Positions 40,062-49,007 of a DNA stretch of 64,000 nucleotides are shown here, one piece after another. The DNA lies in NCBI GenBank assembly GCA_047601445.1, contig JASGJH010000001.1:1632001-1696000 (forward strand). The letters run 5' to 3'. Under the pieces are notes generated by a model, which was given only the letters and a program-made list of their open reading frames with translations, had not been told where the DNA came from and ran no database searches. The translations under genes and the position numbers were made by a program. The stretch's first letter is position 1, and each line of letters starts with the position of its first letter. The DNA comes from Myxococcales bacterium (lineage in GTDB: Bacteria > Myxococcota_A > Polyangia > Polyangiales > DASUME01).

Positions 40062-40751
40062 CTACGCCGGATTGGTGCGGGCCCCGCGCGATGCCTCGTA
40101 CACCGCGATCGTGCGTTGGCCGCTCTCGACGCCGACCGACCACTTGGCGAGCGACACGCGCCAGCCGTGCTGCTCCATCGCTTCGAGCATGGGCAAGCTC
40201 TGCGCGCGAAACGGGTCGGCGAACAGGGCGGTTCCTGCGGGCGCGAGGTAGCTGTTACAGAGCGCGCGCAACCGGTCGTGCATCGTGGTCACGTACAGCA
40301 CGTCCGCGCCCAAAATGAAGTCGAAGGGCTCGTCGCTGTGAAAGGTCTCCCACTCCGCGATGCGCGCTTCCAGCTGCGCCACGCGGTTGCGCTCGGCATT
40401 CATGGTGCACAGGTGCAGCGCCACCTCACTGCGGTCCACCTGCAGCACCTTGGCGCCGAGGGAGGCGGCGACGACGCCCGGCAATCCGGTGCCGGCCCCC
40501 AGCTCCAACACGCGCTTGCCGCGCAGCTCCTCGGCGCGGGAGACGAGCTCATGGGCCAGCGCAATCGACGAAGGCCACAGCATGGCGCCGTAGGGCAGCC
40601 GCCCTTCTTCGCGGGCCAGGTACTCCTGCTCTTGGTCCATGGTGACGATCAGGCCGGTGTGGAGAAACGACCAGCTGCGCCCGCCGAGCGCGAGGCGATA
40701 CTCGTGGAGGGCAAAGTCACCGACCGATGTGGAAAGCGTGGACGAGGTCAC
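40062..40751 (-). CDS. Methyltransf_16-like (protein lysine/nicotinamide) methyltransferase
   Basis: PYGAMLWPSS, VLELGAGTGLPG, ILGADVLY. Confidence 0.88.
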   Translation of the reverse strand: MTSSTLSTSVGDFALHEYRLALGGRSWSFLHTGLIVTMDQEQEYLAREEGRLPYGAMLWPSSIALAHELVSRAEELRGKRVLELGAGTGLPGVVAASLGAKVLQVDRSEVALHLCTMNAERNRVAQLEARIAEWETFHSDEPFDFILGADVLYVTTMHDRLRALCNSYLAPAGTALFADPFRAQSLPMLEAMEQHGWRVSLAKWSVGVESGQRTIAVYEASRGARTNPA

Positions 40752-40835
40752 GCTGCGTTATACACCGCGCGGGGCCCTTCCCTCCGACCCCGTCATCAGG
40801 AACCGCGATTTCTCGCACGGGCAGCGGTGGCGGGT

Positions 40836-41429
40836 TCATGGGCGTAGCGAGACCGAAGCGCTCCCCATCCAACGTTCGTCGATCACCGTCGAGCTCAGCG
40901 CGAACACGCAGGAGTCGGCACCATGCCGCAGGCACTGCGTCTGTTCGATGTTGACGGTGCATCCCATGGCCGCGATGGCCTCGGCGAGGATGCCTTGCTC
41001 CATGCCGCAGTGGTGTGGGGTCGTCTTCTCGAGCACCGCCTGCCCTTGCTCGAACTGCAGCACGCGCCAGCCACCGATGCCCACGCCGCGGTTGGCGAAG
41101 CGATACATACCGTCGATGCCGTACACGATATCGCGCGCCGATCGCGCCACCTCCTTGACGCGTCGCTCGTGGGAGAGCTGGAAGAGCTTGCGCCCCATCT
41201 GCACGAGTCCGTAGTGACCCACGGCACGATCGAGGGTGTCCATCAGCTCGAGCAACCACGCGATGGGATACCAGGCGTTGGCGTCGACGCGCGCGAGCTT
41301 GTCTGCTTCGTCCTTGCCGAGCACCTGCTCCGGCATGCGCAGCACCTTGAGCACCGCGAGAATGTCCGAGCCGATGGTGACGTGATCGACGCCCCGGTAC
41401 CCTCGCGGGCTCTTGCGTGTCGGCCTCAT
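40836..41429 (-). CDS. V4R-domain-like protein
   Basis: AWYPI, HCGMEQGIL, QCLRHGADSCVF. Confidence 0.65.
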   Translation of the reverse strand: MRPTRKSPRGYRGVDHVTIGSDILAVLKVLRMPEQVLGKDEADKLARVDANAWYPIAWLLELMDTLDRAVGHYGLVQMGRKLFQLSHERRVKEVARSARDIVYGIDGMYRFANRGVGIGGWRVLQFEQGQAVLEKTTPHHCGMEQGILAEAIAAMGCTVNIEQTQCLRHGADSCVFALSSTVIDERWMGSASVSLRP

Positions 41430-41609
41430 GGCCGCAGTGTAAGGGGCCCTTGAAGCGCGCCACCAGCGCCGAATCGACCACGCAAAGTCGTGGTCGGCAG
41501 CTGCATTCCAACGCGCGGTGACCGTCCCGGGAGCTTGCGTCCCCTTCGATGGAATCGAGTATTTCTTGCGCCTACGGTCTCCAACGTGGGAGTCGGCTTG
41601 GCCTCTGCC

Positions 41610-41933
41610 TCAATGATGGGCGGCAGCCTGCGCCGCTGCTTGCTGCGACGCCGCCTGCATCGCCACGATGGCCGCGGAAGTGCTCGCCGCCGTGCCCGAT
41701 GCTCCCACCGACGACCCCGCCGTGCGCGGCATCTCGCAGACACAGGCGGAAGCACCGCCGCCGCTACGCCCCTGATCGCCGACGCCCACCATGCCGGTGA
41801 GCTCCATGCCCCAGGCCTTGCACATGGCCAGGCACTGCGGAGGGCCGCCTTGAACCTTCCATGGACTCGGGCACCCAGACAGACTCGCGACCATTCCGAG
41901 CATCCAACACCAACCTGCCAGCGACCGACCCAT
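41610..41933 (-). CDS. Small Cys-containing lipoprotein
   Basis: SLSGC lipobox, CLAMC..ACVC, Ala/Gln tail. Confidence 0.55.
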   Translation of the reverse strand: MGRSLAGWCWMLGMVASLSGCPSPWKVQGGPPQCLAMCKAWGMELTGMVGVGDQGRSGGGASACVCEMPRTAGSSVGASGTAASTSAAIVAMQAASQQAAAQAAAHH

Positions 41934-42163
41934 ACCCACCTCCGAAGCAAGCGATGCTATCGAAGGCGCGTTTGTCGGCCACTTTCTGCAACATGCGCGA
42001 TCACCCCGACACACAGAGCGAGCCTGGCAGTCGCCCTCAGCGACTTGCCTCCGAGCGATGGCTGCCGCTGTGCGAGCCCCAAAACGCTGAGTCGGAGAGG
42101 GATTCACCCCGAATCCCCTGACGACGGGTTGAACCGACAGGGCTCTAGCGTCACGAACGGCGG

Positions 42164-42712
42164 ATGGTTCGTTGGTTCCTCCTGTTGTTCCCCCTCCTCT
42201 GCTGCACTCTATCGAGCGCGCAGGTCGCCGCGCAGAGCGCGACCTCGGAAGGAGCAGCAGGCGTCGAACCAAGCGCGACCACCACACAGCGTCCCCCTCC
42301 GGGCACCTTCTTGCGTCCCAACGCGCGAGCCAATGGTTCAGCACGCCTGGTGCTCGATGAGCCGATCCACGCGGAGGCCAAGGAACTGCCCCCCCTGTGG
42401 CCCCCGATCGTGCTGATCGCGACGGGAGGCTGTGGCGCAGCCATCGGAGCCAGCATGGTGCTCGTCAACGTGTTCCCGTATGTGGGTCCACACTCCAGCG
42501 ACGAAGTCGATCCCAGCGAGCGCAACGCGGCACTAATTGGCCTCGGCCTTCTCGCCGTGGGCGGCGGCACACTCGTGGGGGGGTTGGTTTGGCTCAAGCA
42601 CCGCTCGCATGAACGGCTCCTGCGCTCACGCATGGTACGGCTCATGGATCCCCAGGCGCCCGCCTCGGTGCGGCTGATGGGTGCGGGCCTACGCGTGCAA
42701 TTCCGGATCTAG
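42164..42712 (+). CDS. Hypothetical exported/membrane protein
   Basis: Signal peptide and two Gly-rich hydrophobic segments. Confidence 0.55.
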   Translation: MVRWFLLLFPLLCCTLSSAQVAAQSATSEGAAGVEPSATTTQRPPPGTFLRPNARANGSARLVLDEPIHAEAKELPPLWPPIVLIATGGCGAAIGASMVLVNVFPYVGPHSSDEVDPSERNAALIGLGLLAVGGGTLVGGLVWLKHRSHERLLRSRMVRLMDPQAPASVRLMGAGLRVQFRI

Positions 42713-42870
42713 CCCACGCGCTGGACATCCCTCTCAGCAGCTCGCGCACGGCCCGTCGCAAGCCTTGCGACGCGCTGTGAGGCGTGCTGTCTTTCTCTGT
42801 GGGCACGCCCTCTTCACTCGCGGGAGCGGCCGTGCGACGGCGCCTCGACGCGCTGCTTCGCTCGGGCCGA

Positions 42871-43758
42871 TCAGCGCTTCCGCTGCGCCGTTGGCGAGGT
42901 TGGGCTCGCGTAGCGCGCCGCCATCTCCGACAACATCAAGTAGGCGCCCACGAGAAAGCAGACGGCTCCGACGAGTGTCCACAACGAGGACTCGAATGGA
43001 CTGAGCATGTGCCCGCCCGCAGCGACGTAGGAGCCCACTGCGGAGAGCCCAAACGCGACAGACCCCAACAGATTGATGAAGACGACCCACCAGGAGATGT
43101 TGCCGGGCAGGAGCCGAAACCAGCGGTGACACACTTCGGCAAAGGCCATGTAGCTGGCCACCAGGAAGCACAGCGACCCCACCGCATCGGGCGCCCACAC
43201 CAACACGTCTTCCTCGACGGGGTTCAACGTCCGCATGCCTTCGAAGGTGTTTCGATTGAACAGGAGCGTGCCACAGAACTGGATCAGACATGCCCACCAG
43301 GCGAGCTTGCGCGGCTGAAAGCGCCACCATGCAAACGCCGGGTACCGCTTGGTGACGGGGTCGCGCTCGTTGATGACCTCTCCAAGCTGGAGGTAGGCGG
43401 CGCTCGAGAAGAACAGCGATCCCACGAAGTACGTCGCGGCGCAGTAGGCGCCGGCGTGGGGGCGCGAGAGGTCCACCGCCGAAGCGAGCGCAAAGAGCGC
43501 AGAACCCACCATGAAGAGCACAGCGATCCACCAGCTGAAACTGCGCGGCTCCATGGGTAGCGCCCGCTGCGGCGCGGCACGTGTGGCTTCCTGCTCGGGC
43601 TCCGCATCGAGGCCCTTGCGGTTGCGCCGCGACTCGCGAACGCGGTGCTCTCCACTGGGCTCCTCGACGAGCCACTCGGTCACGAAGGGCCCCGGCCCTC
43701 GCACCCGCAAGAGGGTGTCGGGCGATCCCGCGTGCTCGTCTCGTTCGACCTCGTTCAT
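42871..43758 (-). CDS. Multi-pass membrane protein (YrhK-like)
   Basis: WWIAVLFMVGSALF, YFVGSLFFSSAAY, INLLGSVAF; about six TM segments. Confidence 0.75.
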   Translation of the reverse strand: MNEVERDEHAGSPDTLLRVRGPGPFVTEWLVEEPSGEHRVRESRRNRKGLDAEPEQEATRAAPQRALPMEPRSFSWWIAVLFMVGSALFALASAVDLSRPHAGAYCAATYFVGSLFFSSAAYLQLGEVINERDPVTKRYPAFAWWRFQPRKLAWWACLIQFCGTLLFNRNTFEGMRTLNPVEEDVLVWAPDAVGSLCFLVASYMAFAEVCHRWFRLLPGNISWWVVFINLLGSVAFGLSAVGSYVAAGGHMLSPFESSLWTLVGAVCFLVGAYLMLSEMAARYASPTSPTAQRKR

Positions 43759-45232
43759 GACTGCGAACTCGGGTGTGCGCACGCGTGTGCTAGGCGCGCG
43801 CCGCAGGGCTCCATTCACGATAGCAGCCTTCGTCGCGCTCTGGAGTGTCGTGCTCCTGTTCGAGTGCAACCCCGCACACGCGTATCCGCCCGAGGAGCCT
43901 CCCCACATGGGACGGCGCGCAAAGGCCAACCCGTGGGCGTACGAGCAAGTCCCGACAATCGCGCCCAGCAGCGCCGATTCGAGCGCGATCCTCCCGCTCG
44001 AGGAAGAGACCATTCCCACCATCATCGGGGACGGCTGGCGCAACGGGCGCGCCGAGGTCGACGACGGTCAAGGCATCCTGGGCAAGCTCTATCCGCACGG
44101 AATCGAATGGCTTGCGGAGCACGGTGTGCAGCTCTTCGGCTGGTACATGATCGCCACGCAGGGCAATCCCGTGGGCGGCCAGGACCGCGCCTTTCGCTAC
44201 ACGGGCCTGTGGGACTTCGGCTTGGACCTCGACATGGGGACCATGGCCAACTTGCACGGCCTCTGGATCCACGTCTCGGGCTCCTGGGCGAGCGGCAAGA
44301 ACCTCAGCACGGACATCGGGACCTTTGCGCCGGTCAACACGGTCTACAGCGGGAAATCGATGCGCTTCTTCGAGGCGTATCTGGAGCAGCGCATGTTCGG
44401 TGACCGCCTCTCGATCCGCGTGGGCAGAGTGTCCGTCGGCTGGGAATACGGCCTCGAGTACGAATACTTCACGCAGTACCTGAGCGGCGTCTTCCGTCTG
44501 AATGTATTCTCACTTGCCGCGGCCACCCCGAACTTCGCCGAAATCCCCTACTCCAACTGGGGCATGCGCGTGCGCTACACCCCCAACCTGCACTGGCGCC
44601 TACAAGCCTCGTTCATGAACGGCTACCCGCAGGACTTCTCCGCCCCCAACAAGCACGGGCTGGACTTCAAGTTTCAGCCGCAAAAGGGCTCCTTCTTCAT
44701 CGTGGAGGGCAGCTATCAATGGGTGCCGTCGGACGAGGAACGCAATCGCAATCCCGGGCGCCTCCCGGGCCGCCTGATCTTGGGTGCCTACTACGACACC
44801 GGGCCCTTCGATCTGGTGAACGGCACGATGGGCACCGACCGCGGCCTCGCCACCGGCTACGCCATCGTGCGCCAAAAGCTCTGGGAACCAGCGCTCGATT
44901 CGAGCAGGGGACTGGTGGGGTGGACCTCAGCCACGGTGAGCGGCAAGCAGAACATCGTCGAGCTGCCGTGGTTCTGGAGCGGCGGCCTGGTCTGGACGGG
45001 TCTCATTCCGCGTCGGCACAAGGACGTCCTCGCGTTCGGCTTCGCCAATGAGTTCTTCAGCAAGGATGTGCCCAACCAGAGCTACGAAATCACGCTCGAG
45101 GCCGCCTATTCGGTCAACGCGACCACCTGGATCACGCTGACGCCGGACTTCCAATACATCGTGAATCCAGGCGGAACCCACACCACCGACAACGCATTCA
45201 TCGCAGGCATGCTCACGTACCTGACGTTCTGA
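43757..45232 (+). CDS. oprB: Carbohydrate-selective porin, OprB family (start uncertain)
   Basis: GNPVGG, FFEAYLEQ, LSIRVG, LTPDFQYIVNPGG, terminal Phe. Confidence 0.88.
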   Translation: MTANSGVRTRVLGARRRAPFTIAAFVALWSVVLLFECNPAHAYPPEEPPHMGRRAKANPWAYEQVPTIAPSSADSSAILPLEEETIPTIIGDGWRNGRAEVDDGQGILGKLYPHGIEWLAEHGVQLFGWYMIATQGNPVGGQDRAFRYTGLWDFGLDLDMGTMANLHGLWIHVSGSWASGKNLSTDIGTFAPVNTVYSGKSMRFFEAYLEQRMFGDRLSIRVGRVSVGWEYGLEYEYFTQYLSGVFRLNVFSLAAATPNFAEIPYSNWGMRVRYTPNLHWRLQASFMNGYPQDFSAPNKHGLDFKFQPQKGSFFIVEGSYQWVPSDEERNRNPGRLPGRLILGAYYDTGPFDLVNGTMGTDRGLATGYAIVRQKLWEPALDSSRGLVGWTSATVSGKQNIVELPWFWSGGLVWTGLIPRRHKDVLAFGFANEFFSKDVPNQSYEITLEAAYSVNATTWITLTPDFQYIVNPGGTHTTDNAFIAGMLTYLTF

Positions 45233-45274
45233 CATCGGAGCTCAGGCGGCTTCGATGGCCGACCACATTCAGCG

Positions 45275-46975
45275 TCAGTGCCCTGCGATGCGGCTCAGAC
45301 AGCGAGCGTGATCGAGGGGACGACCGAGCTCGGCGTAGCGCGCGGCGGCCTCGCTCAAGCCGGCCAGGGCGCGCGCGTCGTTCCCTTGGGCGCGGCGCAG
45401 CACACCGCGAGCTTCCCAGATCGCAGCGACCCAGGGCCCTCCATTCCACATTCCGGCGAGACGCTCGGCTTCATCGAGGCGTCGGCTCACCTGCTCGAGC
45501 TGTCCAGCCTCGGCGAGCGCGATCGCCGACACCGTGCGAAAGCCCATCGAGCACGGCTGGCACAACGTGCCCGCGGAGAGCAGGCCATCGCCCTCCTGGA
45601 TGGCGCGCAGCACGTCCTCCGAGGTCTCGGCGGCCATCACCTCGAGCGCCTTGATGCGGATGCGCAGATGCGGCGCGAGCCAGGTGGTGTTCATGATGGC
45701 AGCGGCCTGGCGGATCAGTTCCCGCGCGGACGCCTTATCGCCGCGAGCCAGGGCCAGCTGCGCGAGCTGCTCCAGCACCAGCACGCTCCCGGCGACGGCA
45801 CCGGTCTCGGCGTGGTGTTGCTCGGCCTCCAACAGCAGCTGCTCCGCTTCCACGAGACGGCCCGCGCAGAGCGCCAGAGCGCCGAGCATGAACTTGGCGA
45901 GACCGCGCCCCGGGATGGAGCCCGCCTGTTCCGCGAGCGCCAGCAACTCACGCGCCGCGGTCACCACCTGGTCGTGGCCATCCGGGCTGGCCATGCAGAA
46001 CTGGGCGAAACAGATGTGGCCGTCGAAGACGTTCGAGGTAAAAGCCGGTGCCGCCCGCACCCACTCCACCACTTCCTCGCGAAACAGCGCGCTCCAGCGT
46101 CCCTGCATGTGCGCAACCATGCCGAGCAGCGCCGTGGCCTCCCCCATCTCCCGCCCAAGCCCCGCGCCCAACGCGAGCTCACGCGTGTCGCGCGCCACGC
46201 GCTCGGCCTTCTCGGGCTCTCCGCTGTGAAGGTGCACGAGCCCCCAGGCGAGCGAGGCGCGAATGCGATCGACGAGGTCCACTGGCTGGAGGGCCGGTGT
46301 TGCCAGTGCGCGGTCATGCAGGGCCACGGCTGCCTTACTCGGTCCGATCCCAAGGTCGACCCGCAAGCGCTCCCGCAGCGCCTGGAACAGACGGATGGCT
46401 TCCCCGCGCCGACCGGCATCGAGGGCGGCTTGCATGAGGGCGCACTGCGCCTGCTCGTCGGTCGGATCGATGGCGATCAACCGCTCCCACAGCTTGCCAG
46501 CCCGCAACACCCGCACATATCGCTGCTGCAATTGCTTGCGCGGCTCTTCGAGCCACTCGACGTAGCGATCGTCCGGTAAGAGCTCTCCGCGGTACAGATC
46601 CGCAGCCCGCTCGCAGGCTGCGGCGTCGGATCCTGCGAGGGCCAGCTTGGCCGCCTCTTCGAACGCCCTCACGTCCACGACGAGCTCGACGTCGGACGCG
46701 AGCGCGATGACTTCACTGGACTCGATCACCTCGTGCTCACCGAGCGTACGCCGCGCGAAGTGCACTGCCTTGCGCAGGTTGGCGCCCGCAGCATCGGGAT
46801 CCAGGTCCGGCCAGAACCGATCCATCACCTGCTCACGGTGCAGTCGGCTTCCCGGGGTCAGGGCCAAGAGCTTCACCAACGCGGCACTGCGCTCACGTCG
46901 CCAGGCCTCGGAGGGGATCACACGATCCTCAATAGTTACGCGGAATTGGCCAAGTAGTTCGATCTGCAGCCGCAT
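45275..46975 (-). CDS. BTAD/SARP-like transcriptional activator with TPR-like C-terminus
   Basis: IELLGQFRV, LVKLLAL, FWPDL..ANLRKAVH, LYRGELLP, LRVDLGIGPS. Confidence 0.88.
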   Translation of the reverse strand: MRLQIELLGQFRVTIEDRVIPSEAWRRERSAALVKLLALTPGSRLHREQVMDRFWPDLDPDAAGANLRKAVHFARRTLGEHEVIESSEVIALASDVELVVDVRAFEEAAKLALAGSDAAACERAADLYRGELLPDDRYVEWLEEPRKQLQQRYVRVLRAGKLWERLIAIDPTDEQAQCALMQAALDAGRRGEAIRLFQALRERLRVDLGIGPSKAAVALHDRALATPALQPVDLVDRIRASLAWGLVHLHSGEPEKAERVARDTRELALGAGLGREMGEATALLGMVAHMQGRWSALFREEVVEWVRAAPAFTSNVFDGHICFAQFCMASPDGHDQVVTAARELLALAEQAGSIPGRGLAKFMLGALALCAGRLVEAEQLLLEAEQHHAETGAVAGSVLVLEQLAQLALARGDKASARELIRQAAAIMNTTWLAPHLRIRIKALEVMAAETSEDVLRAIQEGDGLLSAGTLCQPCSMGFRTVSAIALAEAGQLEQVSRRLDEAERLAGMWNGGPWVAAIWEARGVLRRAQGNDARALAGLSEAAARYAELGRPLDHARCLSRIAGH

Positions 46976-46997
46976 GGCGGGTACGAAATTAGCACCC

Positions 46998-47017
46998 GGG
47001 GAACGCTTGGGGAACGC
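46998..47017 (+). promoter_or_regulatory. Direct repeat GGGGAACGC x2 with 11-bp period, probable BTAD-regulator site
   Basis: Lies in the divergent intergenic region; one-helical-turn spacing is typical of SARP/OmpR wHTH sites. Confidence 0.6.
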
Positions 47018-47094
47018 CGGCTCTCTAGAGTGTTCTCCAGACGCGACCCGAGCAGGTCCGCAGCCCGAAACACCAACCCGAAAGGCACACCACC

Positions 47095-47763
47095 ATGGCA
47101 CTCCGCATCAACGACATCGCCCCCGACTTCCAGGCCGATACCACCGAGGGCCCCCTCTCGTTTCACGCCTGGCTGGGCAATAGCTGGGGCATCCTCTTCT
47201 CGCATCCCAAGGACTTTACGCCTGTATGCACCACCGAGCTCGGCTACGTGGCCAAGCTCAAGCCCGAGTTCGACAAGCGCGGGGTCAAGGTGATCGGTCT
47301 GTCCGTGGACGCGGTCGACCGGCACCAGGGCTGGGCCAAGGACATCGAGGAGACCCAGGGCACGGCGCCGAACTTCCCCATGATCGGGGATCCGACGCTC
47401 GCCGTCTCCAAGCTCTACGACATGTTGCCCGCGGAGGTCGCGGGCGAAGCCGCAGGCCGCACCGCCGCCGACAACCAGACCGTACGTACGGTCTACGTCG
47501 TGGGTCCCGACAAGCGCATCAAGCTGATGATCTCCTATCCGATGACCACCGGTCGCAACTTCGACGAGATCTTGCGCGTCATCGATTCGATGCAGCTCAC
47601 GGCCAAGCACAAGGTGGCCACCCCCGTGAACTGGAAGCAGGGCGAAGACGTGATCATCGTCCCGGCCGTATCGAACGACGACGCCAAGGGGCTCTTCCCG
47701 AACGGCTGGAAGGAAATCAAGCCCTACCTGCGTTTGGTGCGTCAGCCCGGGGCCAACAAGTGA
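47095..47763 (+). CDS. 1-Cys peroxiredoxin (Prx6)
   Basis: FSHPKDFTPVCTTELG, GRNFDEILR. Confidence 0.95.
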   Translation: MALRINDIAPDFQADTTEGPLSFHAWLGNSWGILFSHPKDFTPVCTTELGYVAKLKPEFDKRGVKVIGLSVDAVDRHQGWAKDIEETQGTAPNFPMIGDPTLAVSKLYDMLPAEVAGEAAGRTAADNQTVRTVYVVGPDKRIKLMISYPMTTGRNFDEILRVIDSMQLTAKHKVATPVNWKQGEDVIIVPAVSNDDAKGLFPNGWKEIKPYLRLVRQPGANK

Positions 47764-48896
47764 AGAAGCGGGTCCTCATCCTGGGCGCCGGCTTTGCTGG
47801 TCTCGAGCTCGCAACCTCCCTCTCGGAGACCCATGGCGATAGCATCGAGATCACCATCCTCGACAAGTCGGACGCCTTCATCTTCGGCTTCGCGAAGCTC
47901 GACGTGATGTTCGGAAAGGCACCGCTGGAGAGCGTGCGCCTGCCCTATCGGGCGCTGAACAAGCCGGGGGTCACGTTCAAGCGCGAGGCGATTTTGGCCA
48001 TCGATCCCGCCACACGGTGCGTGACCACCGACGCGGGTGTCCACCAAGCGGACATGCTGGTGATCGCGCTCGGCGCGGACTACGACGTGTCCGGCACCCC
48101 CGGCATCATCCTCGGCGACAACGAGTTCTATTCGGTGCCCGGCGCCAGACACCTGGCCGACGTCTTGCCCAGCTTCACCAAGGGCCACGCCGTGATCGGC
48201 GTGTGCGGCGCGCCGTACAAGTGCCCGCCGGCCCCGAGCGAGTGCGCCCTGATGTTGCATGATTACCTCGTGGCTCGCGGCGTGCGCACGGAGTGTCACA
48301 TCACCTTGGTGAACCCCCTGCCGAGCCCGGTGCCGCCCTCACCGGAGACCTCCAAGGCCCTCATCGCAGCCTTCGCGGAGCGCGGCATCGAGTACCTGCC
48401 GAATCACCGCGTCGCGTCGGTGGATCGCGGACGCAACATGGTGACGCTGGAGGACGGGCACGAGCTGCCGTGCGATTTGTTCCTGGGCGTCCCCAAGAAC
48501 CGGGCGCCCGACGTGGTGGTCGCCGCCGGACTCACCGTCGATGGTTGGGTCACGGTGGATCCGCGCACACTCGAGACCAAGTTCCAGGGAGTCTACGCCG
48601 TGGGCGACCTGGCCAACACGGGCGCCCCCAAGGCCGGCGTGTTCGCGGAAGGCGCTGCGCGAGCCGTCGCCGCCAATCTGACGTCCATCCTGCGCGAGCA
48701 AGAACCCACGGCGAAGAACCCGGGAGCGGGCTCCTGCTACATCGAGTTCGGCGCCAACCGGATCGCCCGTGTCGACGTGGACTTCTTCTCGGGTCCCAAG
48801 CCGACGGGGACCTTCCATGCCCCGAGCGAGGCCCTGCGCGCAGACAAGCAGAGCTTCGGTGCGACGCGACGTGCACGCTGGTTCGGCCAAGGGTGA
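47760..48896 (+). CDS. Sulfide:quinone oxidoreductase-like flavoprotein
   Basis: GTGA overlap, ILGAGFAG, YKCPPAPSE, VYAVGD, PKAGVFA, CYIEFG. Confidence 0.85.
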   Translation: MKKRVLILGAGFAGLELATSLSETHGDSIEITILDKSDAFIFGFAKLDVMFGKAPLESVRLPYRALNKPGVTFKREAILAIDPATRCVTTDAGVHQADMLVIALGADYDVSGTPGIILGDNEFYSVPGARHLADVLPSFTKGHAVIGVCGAPYKCPPAPSECALMLHDYLVARGVRTECHITLVNPLPSPVPPSPETSKALIAAFAERGIEYLPNHRVASVDRGRNMVTLEDGHELPCDLFLGVPKNRAPDVVVAAGLTVDGWVTVDPRTLETKFQGVYAVGDLANTGAPKAGVFAEGAARAVAANLTSILREQEPTAKNPGAGSCYIEFGANRIARVDVDFFSGPKPTGTFHAPSEALRADKQSFGATRRARWFGQG

Positions 48897-49007
48897 TGCC
48901 GACCGGAGCCAGCGAGCACGTGCGCCATGCCGGGGTGAGGCCGTGAAAGCGCCTTTCCTTTTTTGAAGGCGTCGCGGTAATCATGGACCCCTTTTCGGGG
49001 GGATTCC

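Noticed and set aside
47226..47759. N-terminal extension of the 556-aa SQR-like ORF
   Set aside because: Off-frame read-through across the peroxiredoxin gene; the GTG at 47760 begins the Rossmann fold.
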